From Octopus sinensis (taxonomy: Eukaryota): a DNA stretch of 64,000 nucleotides. The position numbers were made by a program, and so were the translations under genes. The stretch spans positions 26,474,001 through 26,538,000 of the forward strand of contig NC_043008.1 in assembly GCF_006345805.1 (NCBI RefSeq), read 5' to 3'. Under the pieces are notes generated by a model. That model was not told the DNA's origin and searched no databases. It saw only the letters and a program-made list of their open reading frames with translations. Shown here in pieces: positions 24,891 through 37,429 of this stretch; position 1 is the first letter of the stretch, and each line of letters begins with the position of its first letter.

Positions 24891-25410
24891 ACACTTGGCC
24901 TGATGGGTCCTCTCATGCACACGCACACACACAAACACATAAATATATATATATGCACTACTCTGGTAGTAGCAAAATGAACAAGAAACATCTTATGTTG
25001 GAGAATAACTAATATGAGAATATCAGAGAATGTAAACAATCTACCCCTATGGATATATAAAAAAGCTTCAGTCTGAAATTCTGAGACATTACTAATTACA
25101 AGGGGGACCTGAAGAAAGTTAGATGGTAAAATAGCTGGAATTTGTGATGAAAATGCTAGTTTGAAAGAATATTATAGTATATTTTACACACATAAATAAC
25201 TGCATACATACAAATACATGCACACATATAGATCCGCACATGCTTAGACTTGCGCACACACATACACACACACTAACAAGTGCGTGTATTACTTACAGTC
25301 TCATGTAATAGTTGAAAATGAATGTCTCTATTAAGTAAACAGCCCTTTATTTCCAGTCTGTGGTGAAAACATGTCTTGAAAATAGGTGAGGGTTGGTGAC
25401 AAGGCAAGTA

Positions 25411-26335
25411 TCAGGTCATCCCATAAGTTCTGTCTGAATTTTGAATAAAGAAAACAAGTGATCAAATGTTATATTTAATTGAAATTTAATCATCAATGTA
25501 CTTTCCCTGATTATCTATGAATTCCTTCCATCTATTTACAAGTTTTTTAATCCCATCAGTGTAAAACTCTTTTGGTTTCAAAGTGAAGAACTCTGAAATG
25601 TCAGTTTCGACCTCCTCCTGGTTTGCAAAAGTTATGTCCCCCAAATGATTCTGTAAACTATGAAACAAATGGTAGTCTGAAGATGCAAGGTTAGGAGAAT
25701 AAGGTGGATGAGGAATTTTTTCCCAACCAAGCTCTTCGATCATCTGTGATGTGATCTTTGCAGTGTGGGGTTGCGCATTGTCCTGATGAAACATCACTCC
25801 TTTTTGATTCACTAAAGCGGGTCTTTTTTTCTTCAAAGCTTGGTTCAAACGCTCTAATTGCTGATAGTAGACTTGAGCATTGATTGCTGCATTAGGTGGT
25901 AACAATTCAAAGTGAATTACGCCTTTGCAATCCCACCTTTCTCCCATGAAGTTTCCTTCTTGGTTTTTGTTGAACTTTTTTCCTTTTACCAAGCCACTGT
26001 TTACGTCATTTAACATTTCGATAGAAGATCTATTTTTCATCACCAGTCACAAGTCTATCCAAAAATGGTGAAATAAGTTCATGAGAATGGAGGGAAGAGC
26101 AGATGTCAACTCGGTATTTGCAGTTGCTTTCGGACAATTCATGAGGCACACATTTTCCAAGTTTAGGAACCTTTCCAAGTTGTTGAAGATGACGATGAGC
26201 AGTTGTATTGTTTGAATTTAGCTTTATTGCCAATTCTTCAACTGATAATGCAGGATTTTCTTCAAGTAATGCCTCAAGGAGCTTATCATCAAACTCAACT
26301 GGACGTCCTGTGCTATCCAAACCATGCCAGCATAG
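25411..26335 (-). mobile_element. mariner DD34D transposase pseudogene, 5'-truncated
   Basis: ORF 26030-26320 (HTH, VPHEL, VTGDEK) frameshifts into ORF 25486-26043 (HQDNAQPH...YSPNLASSDY). I counted 34 residues between the two Asp. TIR-like tatcaggtc at 25411. Confidence 0.92.
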
Positions 26336-26363
26336 AAAGCAATCATTAAATGATATCTAAATA

Positions 26364-26403
<40 letters not shown>

Positions 26404-27147
26404 TATATATATATGTAGATGCAGGAAAGCTGACAAATTAGTAACCATTTCAGTGAAATGGCCATGCTTGGAAACTAGAAAAAGTGTAGGTAGAAATTCC
26501 ATATGGTGTACTAAGAGCATGCTAAGGACACATAAGATGATTTTAGGTAAAACCACTTCTTGTTATTGCATCATTATAATAGGAATCATTTCTGTTGAAA
26601 ATGTCCTTTTCTAAAGATTAAGTAGGGGAACTCTTCTACTTGTAGCACTTATGAGATTCTCTATCAAGAATGAAATGTTAGAAATTATCAGTCATATAAG
26701 TACGTGTTTCTCCTATTTAGCTTCTTGTTCATGTAGTATCTAAAATCTGAAAATTAGCTATTTTTAGACTGGTACCAACAAAGTTGCTTAAAATGATTTC
26801 TTCAAATATTCCTATCAGTTCTTTTCTTCTTACATCAATGGTGTAGCTTTTGGTGTTATATCAAATAGCTGAACCATCAGCTTTATATAGTCCAAAGTTT
26901 TAAAGTTAGTTTGATTTGTTAAATGAATTGTTACAATGAGGTCAGGAACCAGTACTCAATTGCAACTATCTATGCAGATGCTGAACAGATGCCGCCCCAT
27001 TTTTTTCTTTTTAGTAAGAATTATATTATTATCATACTTCTCCAAACATAGACAACAATCAAACACCCTTTAATGGTGTTGATAGAAATAAAAGGGACTA
27101 ACCTGAAGCACGTGTAAAAACCATTGTAACCAGCATTTAAAACTCAC

Positions 27148-27237
27148 CTGGTTGAGGTATATGAAAAATTATACATTTCTTTTGACCAATTCATTTTGAA
27201 AAGTAAGGGAGCAGAAATGTGAATGTGCCCCATTAAG
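27148..27237 (-). CDS. Candidate 90-nt internal exon (LMGHIHISAPLLFKMNWSKEMYNFSYTST), unidentified
   Basis: ttccag acceptor, CAG|gtgagt donor, open frame, symmetric phase 2-2. No homology recognised. Confidence 0.2.
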
Positions 27238-27668
27238 CTGGAATATCATAGGCAGTGTTATACTATATAGCAACAGATCACTAATGTGAAGGTTATACTC
27301 AGCTAAGAAATATCAAATCCTCAAGCAGTCAGTAGTTGTATGCAATGTGTAATTTATAAAGCATCTGTAATAAAAAGTTGTATATGTGTGCAGATATACA
27401 CATGTATGTGTGTGCATGTGTGTGTGTGTGTGTGTGTATGTGTGTGTGTGTGTGTATGTGCATGTGTGTTTGCATGCACATACACACACATGTGCATGCA
27501 CATGCACACACAAACATCCAAACACATTTGTATTAAATGGCACGGAAATACAGAGGAATGAGAGGAAATAGAAAAACAATTGTAAATTCCCTTCACCAAC
27601 TGATTTCAGTCAGTAATTTGAAGGAATTATTTAGTCTTATATATTCTTACATGGTAACATATTTTTAG

Positions 27669-27811
27669 ATTTCCATAATGGATTGAATACAAACCAGGAA
27701 ATTGAATATATTTTCCTGAAATCATATGAATTCACACAGCTGGTGCTTAACTCCAGTTTCCAATTTGTTAAGTGGATGACAGGGAAATCTGCCAACTTTT
27801 ATAACATGCAA
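27669..27811 (+). CDS. Candidate exon (DFHNGLNTNQEIEYIFLKSYEFTQLVLNSSFQFVKWMTGKSANFYNMQ), unidentified
   Basis: tttttag acceptor, 47 open codons, weak CAA|gtctgt donor. Confidence 0.2.
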
Positions 27812-28039
27812 GTCTGTTTGAAAACCTTGATATATATTTTCCTTCTTGATAATATAAGTTATAAAGAGGTTTTCTTTTGCATAATCCACAGCATATTTCA
27901 AAAAAGTATCCTAAATTCTAAGATAGCATATTCCAAAATAGTTAATACATTCATTAAATGTTACAAGATTGTATATTTGAAGATTTTATGCTAGAAATCA
28001 TATCAAAATACTTCATAAAATATCTCTGTGACATAGTCT

Positions 28040-28860
28040 GCTCACATTGTCCCTTACATGGAAAACCTTTACTTCTCAGCAATGTAAGAGTACTGTGTCC
28101 CAACGTGCTATACACTTTCCTACATGCCAAAAAATAAAACTAAATGCATCAGATATTTTTTCCTCTACTTCTTTAGTATTAAACAAACCTTATTACTATC
28201 ACTCACTGCATTTATTTCAACACACTGCTTTCTCCATTCCCAAACCTCATAAATCGCTGCTTTGAGCCCTGTTGATTCTATGCTGACTATTTGTGGCATC
28301 AAATGTGCTTTATTACAGAAACAACTAGGCAAGTAACTAAAACCGTCCTCTTCAACATGTCCTTCTACATTCCACCAAACAAAATCTCTCAAACTTTAAT
28401 CCCTCTTATGGTTCATTCTTAGCTATACTGCAGCAGTTTAGTTTAGCAACTGTAAATAGCCAACAACACTTGAAGGAAATCCCTCACCTCTACCAACGAG
28501 AAAGCTCTTAGACATCATCATAAGTCCTCCAAGACCAACATCCAAACTGTATAGATTTCCTTCATGCATCACACATCCTACAAGCACTCCTGTCTCCCAA
28601 AATGCACTTAATCCATTTGGTTCTTTGCAAAAAGAATCTCCACAAACTTTGTAAAAACCTATTTTCTCCACTTTGCCAATGGGTCCAACTTCATAGTAGA
28701 TATACTCTGGTAAAATCTCCTCCCCAAATTTCCTCTCCACTTCATCAGGCCCACCACCACCACCGCACACATTCATTGAAAATGGGCAAGTGCCTGTAGT
28801 TGCTTCAATCCAACATGAACGCTGGTCATGAAAATGTCCCTTCCATTATCTCATTACCTC
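28040..28860 (-). mobile_element. Possible L1/Tx1-like LINE RT C-terminal remnant
   Basis: ORF 28438-28776 contains GLGGL and degenerate thumb-region-like text. Weak match. Confidence 0.35.
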
Positions 28861-28999
28861 AAACAGTATATTCCCGAGTTAGCTCCTATCTTCATCATAC
28901 TGTTCAATATCTTTTTTACTATACTTCTTTCTCTATATATATATACATGTGTGTATGTGTGTGTATGTGTGTTTGTTTGTATTAATTTATTTTAGGCAC

Positions 29000-29340
29000 T
29001 GGTGTGGCAGTGTGGTAAGAAGTTTTCTTCCCCACCACATGGTTTTTGGTTCATTCCCATTGTATGGCATTTTGGCAAGTGTCTTCTACTATAGCCCTGA
29101 GCAATAGATAGAAACTGAAAGAAGCTCATTGTGTGTGTGCATACGCACATGCATATGCATGTGTATCTTTGTGTTTGATCCCCCCACTACCACTTGATAA
29201 CTGCTGTTGGTTTGTTTACATTTTCTATAACTTAGCAGTTCAGTAAAAAGAAACTGATAGAATAAACACCAGACTTTAAAAAAAAAAGTACTGGGGTAAT
29301 TTGCTCATCTGAACCCTTGAAGTGCATGGCTACAGTACAA
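29000..29340 (+). mobile_element. Octopus-type SINE, decayed
   Basis: ggcagtgtggtaagaagttttcttccc...ttggcaagtgtcttctactatagccc. Confidence 0.75.
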
Positions 29341-29689
29341 GATAAAAGACAAAGGATAAATAACCTAGATTAACAATTATCAGACTCTTTTCTCTGTGGT
29401 GTAGTTTAGACTAATTAGAAAATGAAATGATACATTTCTTAATCTCTCAGTGAGATTTATACAGTAGTAACATGATAAAGTGGTGGTATGTTGTCAACTT
29501 AATGTGACAGTCCCATGAAAAGGAAGAATACTACTGCTATTTAGCCCTAGGAAGCACCTCCTCTTGTTGGCCTTGACACATTTCCTGACTTTAAAATAGT
29601 ACTTTAAAGTTTTACCCTAGAAATATAAACAATATAAACTAGTCAATCTAACAAAAAAACAAAGTTTTAATAAGTAGGAAGGCAGACAA

Positions 29690-30585
29690 ACCACAAATCT
29701 CTTTAGGTAGATGGCTCTGCTCGATCTCTAGAAAAGACATAGACACATAAGAGGTGCAGCAATGTCAGAGGAAGGCTAACTGGGAATATAGATTTTGTGT
29801 GTGGAAAATGCTCAGGGGCAATAAACACTGAAAATGTGCAGAAAGTAGCTTCTGTCACATTGCATGGGGAAAAACTACAAATAGTTGATAGCTTCCGATA
29901 CCTAGGTGACCAAGTCAGTAGCTGGGGTGGGTGTTCTGATAGCATAGATGCTAGCATAAGAATAACCTGAGCAAAGTTCAGAGAGCTCTTACCTCTGCTG
30001 GTGGCAAAGTGCCTCTCACTCAGGGTAAAAGGTAGACTGTATGGCGCATGTGTGCAAACAGCCATGCTACATGGCAGTGATGACAAGTGACCAAGACCTT
30101 TAGAAATGTGCTGTGCTTAAGAAGACCTGGCAAGCCCATTTAAGAGTACCCTTCAATCACTGGGCAATAAACTTCACTTGCAAAGACCTGTTGAGGCAAG
30201 TGAAGTTGTTGTCATGGCCGATGACGTAACTGCTTGATTGGCATGCGTGTTAGTAGCATGTAAAAAGCACCATTCGAGCATGGTCAGTGCCAGTGCTACT
30301 TAACTGGCTCCCATGCCAGTGGCATGTAAAAAGCACCATTCAAATGTTGTCAATGCCAGTGCCGCCTGATTGGCCCTCATGCTGGTGGTACGTAAAAAGC
30401 ACCTATTATACACTCAGAATGGTTGGCATTAGCAAGGGCCTCCAGCTGTAGAAACTCTGCCAGATTGGATTGGAGCCTGGTGCAGCCTTCTGGTTTGCCA
30501 GCACTCAGTCAAACCGTCTAACCCATGCCAGCATGGAAAGTGGATGTTAAGCAACGACGGTGACGACGATGATAATGATAAAGTC
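29690..30585 (+). mobile_element. RTE LINE 3' fragment with subrepeated 3' UTR and (GAT)n tail
   Basis: 29690-30085 aligns to 31705-32125 (ccgatacctaggtgaccaagtcagtag...). The UTR has three gtaaaaagcacc units. Confidence 0.85.
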
Positions 30586-30589
30586 AAAG

Positions 30590-30800
30590 GTGGCAAGCTG
30601 GCAAAATTGTTAGTAGAAATGCTTAGCAGCATTTCATCTATTTTAAAGTTCTGAATTCAGATTCCACCAGGGTTAACTTTGTTTTTCATCCTTTCAGGGT
30701 CAATAAAATGAGTGCCAGTTGAGCCCTAGGGTCAATGTAATTGACTTAACCCCTTCCCCAAAATTACTGGTTTGTGCCAAAATTAGAAACCAACATAATA
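30590..30800 (+). mobile_element. tRNA-derived SINE (tttcatcctttc core)
   Basis: aaggtggcaagctggcaaaattgttag...tttttcatcctttcagggtcaataaaatgagtgccag. Confidence 0.7.
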
Positions 30801-30844
30801 TAAACAAAATTACAGTGAATCTATTTCTTTAATGTCAACCCAAC

Positions 30845-32715
30845 AGAGGGACCAGCTATCCGAGTTGACAGTTCCTTGGTAGTTAAGGCAATTAGAAGCA
30901 TGAAGACAAGGAAAGCCCCAGGCCCATCAGGAATTACTGCAGAGATGCTCAAAATATCTGGTAGTGTTGGCTATAACCTAGTCACCCGTATAGTTAACCA
31001 GGTGATACACGAAGGAGTTATACCCAATGACTGGTGTAGCAGCATAATAGTCAACTGCTACAAAGGTAAAGGTGACGCCCTAGATACAAATAATTACAGA
31101 GGTATCAAGCTGTTGGATTAGGTAATGAAGGTTACAGAGAGGGTCATAGCTCAACTAATTAGAGAGAGAGCTAGTTTAAATGAGATGCAGTTTGGGTTTG
31201 TGTCAGGGAAAAGTACCACTGATGCTATATTCCTGGTAAGACAGCTGCAGGAGAAATACCTAGCCAAAGATAAGCCCCTGTACCTGGCTTTCATTGACAT
31301 GGAGAAAGTCTTCGACAGGGTCCGCCAATCCCTTATCTGGTGGTCAATGAGGAAACTAGGGATAGATGAATGGTTAGTGAGAGTTGTTCGAGCCATGTAC
31401 AGGGACGCTGCTAGTAAGGTGAGGGTTGGCAACGAGTACAGTGAAGAATTCCGAGTAGAGATAGGGGTCCACCAAGGTTCAGTCCTCAGTCCCCTCCTAT
31501 TTATCATAGTCCTCCAGGCAAACGGAGGAATTCAAGACAGGTTGCCCCTGGGAGTTCCTCTATGCTGATGACCTTGCTCTAATTGCAGAGTCACTATCAG
31601 AACTGGAGGAGAAGTTTCAGGTGTGGAAGCAAGGTCTAGAATCGAAGGGCCTTAGAATCAACCTAGCTAAAACCAAAGTCCTAATAAGTAAGAAGGTAGA
31701 CAAATCACAAACGCCTTCATAGATGGCCGTGCTCAATCTGTGGAAAAGGCATTGGTAGAAACTCTATAAGATGCACCAAATGTAAGCAATGGACACATAA
31801 GAGGTGCAGCAATGTCAAAGGAAGGCTAAACAGGAAGATAGTTTTTGTATGTGGCAGATGCTCAGGATCAGTAAACACTGAAAATGCGCAGAGACCAACT
31901 TCTGCCAAATTCCAGGGAGAAAAACTAGAAATAGTTGATACCTTCCGATACCTAGGTGACCAAGTCAGTAGTGGGGGCGGGTGTGCTGAAAGTGTAACTG
32001 CTAGAGTAAGAATAGCTTGGGAAAAGTTCAGAGAGCTCTTACCTCTGCTGGTGACAAAAGGCCTCTCGTTCAGAGTAAAAGGCATACTGTATGATGCATG
32101 TGTACGAACAGCCATGCTACATGGCAGTGAAACATGGGCCGTGACTGCTGAGGATATGTGTAAGCTCGCAAGAAATGAAGCCAGTATGCTCTGATAAATG
32201 TGTAATGTCAGTGTTAATACTCGACAAAGTGTAAGTACCTTGAGAGAAAAGTTGGACCTAAGAAGCATCAGATGTGGTGTGCAAGAGAGACGTTTGCGCT
32301 GGTATGGCCATGTGGCGAGAATGGATGAAGATAGTTGTGTGAAAAAGTCCCACACCCTAGCGGTTGAGGGAACCTGTGGAAGAGGTAGACCCAGGAAAAC
32401 CTGGGACGAGGTGGTGAAGCACGACCTTCGAACTTTAGGTCTCACCGAGGAAATGACTAGAGACCGAGACCTTTGGAAGTATGCTGTGCGTGAGAAGACC
32501 CGGCAGGACAAGTGAGACCATAACCCGTGGCCTCTACCTGGGATGTAGCCAGTTCACTTATGCATACCTTTCCTTCTTGGGACACAAAACTCTACTTGCG
32601 AAGACCTGTTGAGGCAAGTGAAAATCAAAATCAAAATCAAAATCAAAATCAAAATCGATCAACATCAATGAAATTTGTAGCTGTGATACCAGTGGCACGT
32701 AAGAGATTTAGTAAC
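30845..32715 (+). mobile_element. RTE LINE, 5'-truncated, nearly full RT domain, inactivated
   Basis: RKAPGPSGITAEMLK, NYRGIKLL, QFGF..GKSTTDAIF, AFIDMEKVFDRV, GVHQGSVLSPLLF, LLYADDL, Cys-rich finger, RLRWYGHV, GRPRKTW. Stops at 31119 and 32195 and a frameshift near 31517. Confidence 0.93.
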
Positions 32716-32914
32716 TGAATTAAAATTGCAAAAGCATAATATTTAGAGTTTCAATTTCTACTTTTCATGTTTTTTTTAATACAATGTTATTATTTTTACA
32801 GTGTACCTAGCTTACAACTTTCAGTACCCCAGTATGTTTAGGAAGTACTAATCTTTATAAATAATTACATCACTGAAGGGGCATGAGAGTTGTTTAAAAA
32901 CATGTACGTACTAC

Positions 32915-34030
32915 TCCATCATCATCATCATCATTTAACATCCGTTCTCCATGCTAGCACAGGTGGGATGGTACCACAAGAGCTGGCCAGGCTGAAGCCG
33001 CCACCAGACTTTTGTGACTGTTTGGCAGGATCTTTACAGCTGTTGCCCTTCCTAACACCAACCACTCAACAGAGTGGACTTAGCGCTTTTTATGTGGCAC
33101 AAACACATGTGAGATAAGTTTTGGCAAGACCTTTACAGCTGGATGCCCTTCTGAACATCAGTCACTTTACAGTGTGAATTGGGTCCTTTTAAATGGCATC
33201 TGCAATGACAGGGTCACCAAGTACTTGCAAGACAAAAACTTTTAAGAGGGGAGGAAGCATTGGAGGAGGTGATGATGAAAAGGTTATATTGAGACACATA
33301 TAGGTGTCTTGCTGATGAGGAAGTACAAGGTTACCCAGCTGGAGAGAGAAAGATCAGGAATGAAGACAGATAAAAGTGTGCTACCACAAAGAAAGTACAT
33401 GGTTGCCCAGCCTGAGAGAAGTGAAAGAGAAGGAGAGAGAGTGGAAGACAACAGGGTGGAGATGATGGCAAAATGCCAGGCATGCTCACAAGGAACAGGG
33501 ATCAAATTATAAATGGATTTTTGAGTAATGGAATAGAGAGACAGAGATAGTGGCAAGTGTCAGGGCATGCCCTTGAGGTTCAAATGCCATAATATAAATG
33601 GCAGGATATTATGAATGGAGTGTGATCAAAGAGTGCGAATAAGTAGCAAAAGACCTGAGTATATATGGAGTTGGAGGGGCTACTGGAGAGCAATGATACA
33701 AAGGAACAGAAGTATAAGGACATGATTGGGGAGTGAGAGCTAGGCAAGGAGTGAGAATTAGGCATAGTGAATGAAAGAGGAAATGCGAGGAAGAGAAGAG
33801 ATGCAAACTGGTTTGTTGGGGTAGGGTAAGGGAAAAGTTTTCTTGTTATGTATGGGTGGAACACCCATGTTGGGGGCTAGCAGATGGCAATAATAGAGTG
33901 AGACAAGGCATGTGGGTAGAACACACAGGCCAGGGGCAAGCAGAAACCAATGATACAGTGGGACCAGGCAAGAGGACAAGATTGGGAGTGGGAGGTAATC
34001 ATGGTACATGAAATGGAAATGTGAGGAAGA
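32915..34030 (-). repeat. RTE-tail modules and GA-rich subrepeated segment
   Basis: catcatcatttaacatccgtt tail (reverse of the 2490-2520 module). ggggcta-c subrepeats at 33676, 33872 and 33933. Confidence 0.5.
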
Positions 34031-34039
34031 GAAGGGATG

Positions 34040-34952
34040 TTACATTTTACCTAGGCAGCAAAACAAAATCACAGATTTTGTGATGAGGGCTTAGTTTACT
34101 TACTTTGGCATGAAACTAGGGGATCGAAACAAAGCCTGGGCACCCCACTGTGTAAAACATGTGTTGAAACACTGAGACAGTGACTATTTTAAATACTTAA
34201 TTAGAAAGCTTCTAGCTTTGTCTTGTGAGAAAATTAAGATTGGTCTATTTGGTGGGTCACAGATTAGGTGACTATTGCAGGATGAGCAATTTTAGGATAT
34301 TGTATCTGGTGTTGGAAAAGAAGCATGGGATGCTTCTGTTGCAATTACAACTGATTTTCTGGGAAACAGGAATCACCAAATTATGAATAACTTGTGCAGA
34401 CCATGGAAACCAGTTTTTGAGCACTGGGCTGCAACATGAGTGTAAAAATGCATTTCCTGCACATTGATCTGAACTACTTCCCTGAAGATCATAGTGCAAT
34501 AAGTGATGAGAAAGGAGACAAATTCCATCACAACCATGGAGACTAGTTACCAAGGTAGGCGAAACACAACCATGATGGCTGATTACTGCTTGTCTCTGGA
34601 AAGAAATTGTCCTGATGCAAGTTATGCTTGTAAAGCAGCAAGGAGAAAGAAAGTTTGATTCCTGAGTAGCTGAAGCTCTATTTTGGCAGAAACAACTGTC
34701 TTAAGATGTGTAATTAAACATTTTGTGCAACATATTTGTTAAACAATAAAGAGTACTGTTTGGTTTGCGTTACTTTCTTATTTCAGTATTGTATTTAAGG
34801 CAAAATAGATATATTTTGGTAAAAAATTAATTCCTGTTCAACAAAACACTTGATGTGAAAGAAAATTTCTGAGGGCATTTCTGATCCCAGCACCAAAATT
34901 AAGTAGTAAAAAACAAAACAACTAAGACTTTTTCAAAAATGTTTTTCAGTGT
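34040..34952 (+). mobile_element. Chapaev3 (CMC)-like DNA transposon remnant, internally deleted
   Basis: FGMKLGDRNKAWAPH.CKTCVETLRQ; GCNMSVKMHFLH..LNYFPED..AISDEKG..F..METSYQGR..TMMADYC; right end ...cagcaccaaaatt...tttttCAGTG. The family assignment is from memory. Confidence 0.6.
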
Positions 34953-35539
34953 AATACTTTATCTGAAATTCTGAGAAGGCCAAAAACCCAAATTTATTTT
35001 TAAGGGAAAGAAGCACTAGAAATATAGAATTTCAGAAAGTGTTCAGAAGATTCCTTGGAAATGTCCTACTATCACTAGCTGTGCATCAAGCCATCAACTG
35101 CTGGGAGTAATGTCACTTATGTCATTTGCACTGTGCATAAATGTAATAGGTAGATCTGTCTTGCAACCAAAGGGGAATTTGTACAAGTGCAAAAGTGAAC
35201 TAGCATCAATTTTATATAAAACAACATTCACAGTGAAAATATAATCTGTTTTATAGAATATGAATAGATAACAGTTTTAGGCATGGGTTCTATCCCCAAG
35301 CTGTCTCACTTTATAGACACATGTATACAATTATTCCAAAATTTTATACCATCATCCTGGAACTGAAAACAATTGAAATTCAAAACAATTTTTTAGTTAG
35401 AAAAAAAGACGTCGTCACACGACCCTCTTCAGACAAGTGGAAAGGTGGGAGATTTCTCAAATTGGAAATCTTAACTAAATGCTTGCAACAGAGTGGACGA
35501 CATTGCTAAAGGTACTCAAAGACAATGTGGTAGTGGTAA

Positions 35540-35780
35540 AGTAGGTTACTGCAGGATTTGAACTTGAAATGCGAGGAAACAAACCAAACACTGCAATGCA
35601 TCTGGCCAAATTCTTAAATTCTTCCTCCACTCCAATTAACCCCTGGACTGACTGGTTCCTTATAAACCCTGGAAGGATGAAAGACAAATCTAAAGTTGAA
35701 TTTGAACTCATTATGCAGGGAACCAGAATAAATGGCACAAAACATTTCGTCTGATGCAGTAACAACTCAGCTAATTTGTC
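35540..35780 (-). mobile_element. tRNA-derived SINE, decayed
   Basis: ggaaggatgaaagacaaatctaaagttgaatttgaactc. Confidence 0.6.
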
Positions 35781-36946
35781 TTTTTCCAGTCCAAAGCATT
35801 TTGGGTAAATGATTTTTAACTATATTACAATAAATGTGAACAGTAAATATTATGGTATATGTATTTCGATGTCTATTTCAACTAACATGATGCATTTTTT
35901 ACAGTTTAATACTGCTATATTAGACTAAGTCACATTCTAACATGTACAACTACAGAACCGTGATAGATTTAATTTTTAATAAGCTGAACACGAAATATCT
36001 CTAGCTTTTAATTTTGTCTACAGTTATACATATCTACATCTTGTGAATTTAGTTGATAGTCAGAAATATAATAGGTGAGGTGTTGTTTGAAGTTAATAGT
36101 TTTAATTTCCTAATTTTTATCAGTTTTGTAATAATCTATTTTCATCATTCTAGTGTTAGCATAATGTTTGAAAGAAAAACAATCAATTAGACTGAAAACG
36201 ATTCTATTGGTTTAATTTCTTATATGCATGCAAGCTTATAGAACATTGTATCTTTGTATGTGCATACATTCTTTCTCATGAATCAATCATACATTATTCC
36301 TTGCCAACACAAGATGTATTTAAAATGGAATGAATGTGACATTGATGTATGCCAGAGAAAGTCTTTGCCGGTAAAATCCATAGATTACATGGAGTTAAGA
36401 ACGGGGTGATGTCTTTGTTATATTTTTAGTTTGGATTTTCTTCTTAATGTTGTATAACTTAATATATTGGAATCTTGAAATGAAAGATTTCTATAAATTC
36501 CATTTTACTACAGGGTGTATATTTGCATATGTTAAAAACCTTTAGAAATATTTATGATGGGATATATTATTCTGAGTATTCAAACAGAAATAGGAAGTAC
36601 ACCAAGTGAAATAATTCTAAAGATTTTTTGTACTGGAATTGTGTGACCTAAATTCTGCCATGAATTGGGCTTTCACTGGAATTTGACAGAGCATTCGATT
36701 CAGAATCAAAGGTGTTTCCATTGAGGTTTTCACTTGATCCCATTCAGCAGATAACCAGTGAATGATGTTGAAAATATTCTACTATTCTGTGGTTTCTTTA
36801 CTTTGTGCTAACAAATGGGAATCACTTAAGCTAAGTAAAGATTGCTGTTGTTAAAAGGTTCATACTTCAATTCTGCCGTTATTACTTGTGCTGACTGCTC
36901 TTTTATATTCATCATCATCATCTTTATGTATGCTTTTCTATTGCAG

Positions 36947-37008
36947 AAAGAAAATTAGGGTCTAATCCTTTAATAGCAGCTATGGCTTCTGCAGCTAAAA
37001 TGTATTAA
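36947..37008 (+). CDS. Candidate terminal coding exon (RKLGSNPLIAAMASAAKMY*), unidentified
   Basis: Good acceptor tatgcttttctattgcag; Ala-rich open frame to TAA at 37006-37008; AATAAA at 37386. Confidence 0.3.
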
Positions 37009-37429
37009 CTATATGGAATGTGTCACTCGAGTATAAACATGACAAATATGTAAATGTTTGAGAAGAAATTCAGTCTATGGGAAATGCTAAGCAAAATATT
37101 TACTACGCTGCAATCAGAATCATGTATTATGTCCCAAGCCTAAATTTTTTTCACAGAATAATACTTTTATATTTATTATTCCTATGAAGAATTGTCAATA
37201 ATTATAGGCCTATTACATGCTTACTGTTACTCTGGAAATTACAAACTGGCCTCATAATAGATGAATTGCAAGAAAACTCTATTACCAGAAAATGGAATAA
37301 GGATGCAGAAAGAAGTTAGAGGGAACTGCAAATCATTAGTATGATACTAAGTGAAATGCAAATAAGAAAGAAATTAACTGGATTGAATAAATTACAAGAA
37401 AGCATGCAATAATGCATCATACGGTTACC

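Noticed and set aside
25105-25145. CTGAAGA-AGTTA/TAGCT-GGAA motif (similar weak cases at about 4560-4600 on - and 41118-41175)
   Set aside because: No stem I or stem III pairing was found.
30240-30420. Regularly spaced aaaaagcacc repeats resembling a CRISPR array
   Set aside because: They are imperfect subrepeats of a retroelement 3' UTR in eukaryotic DNA, with related spacers and no cas genes.
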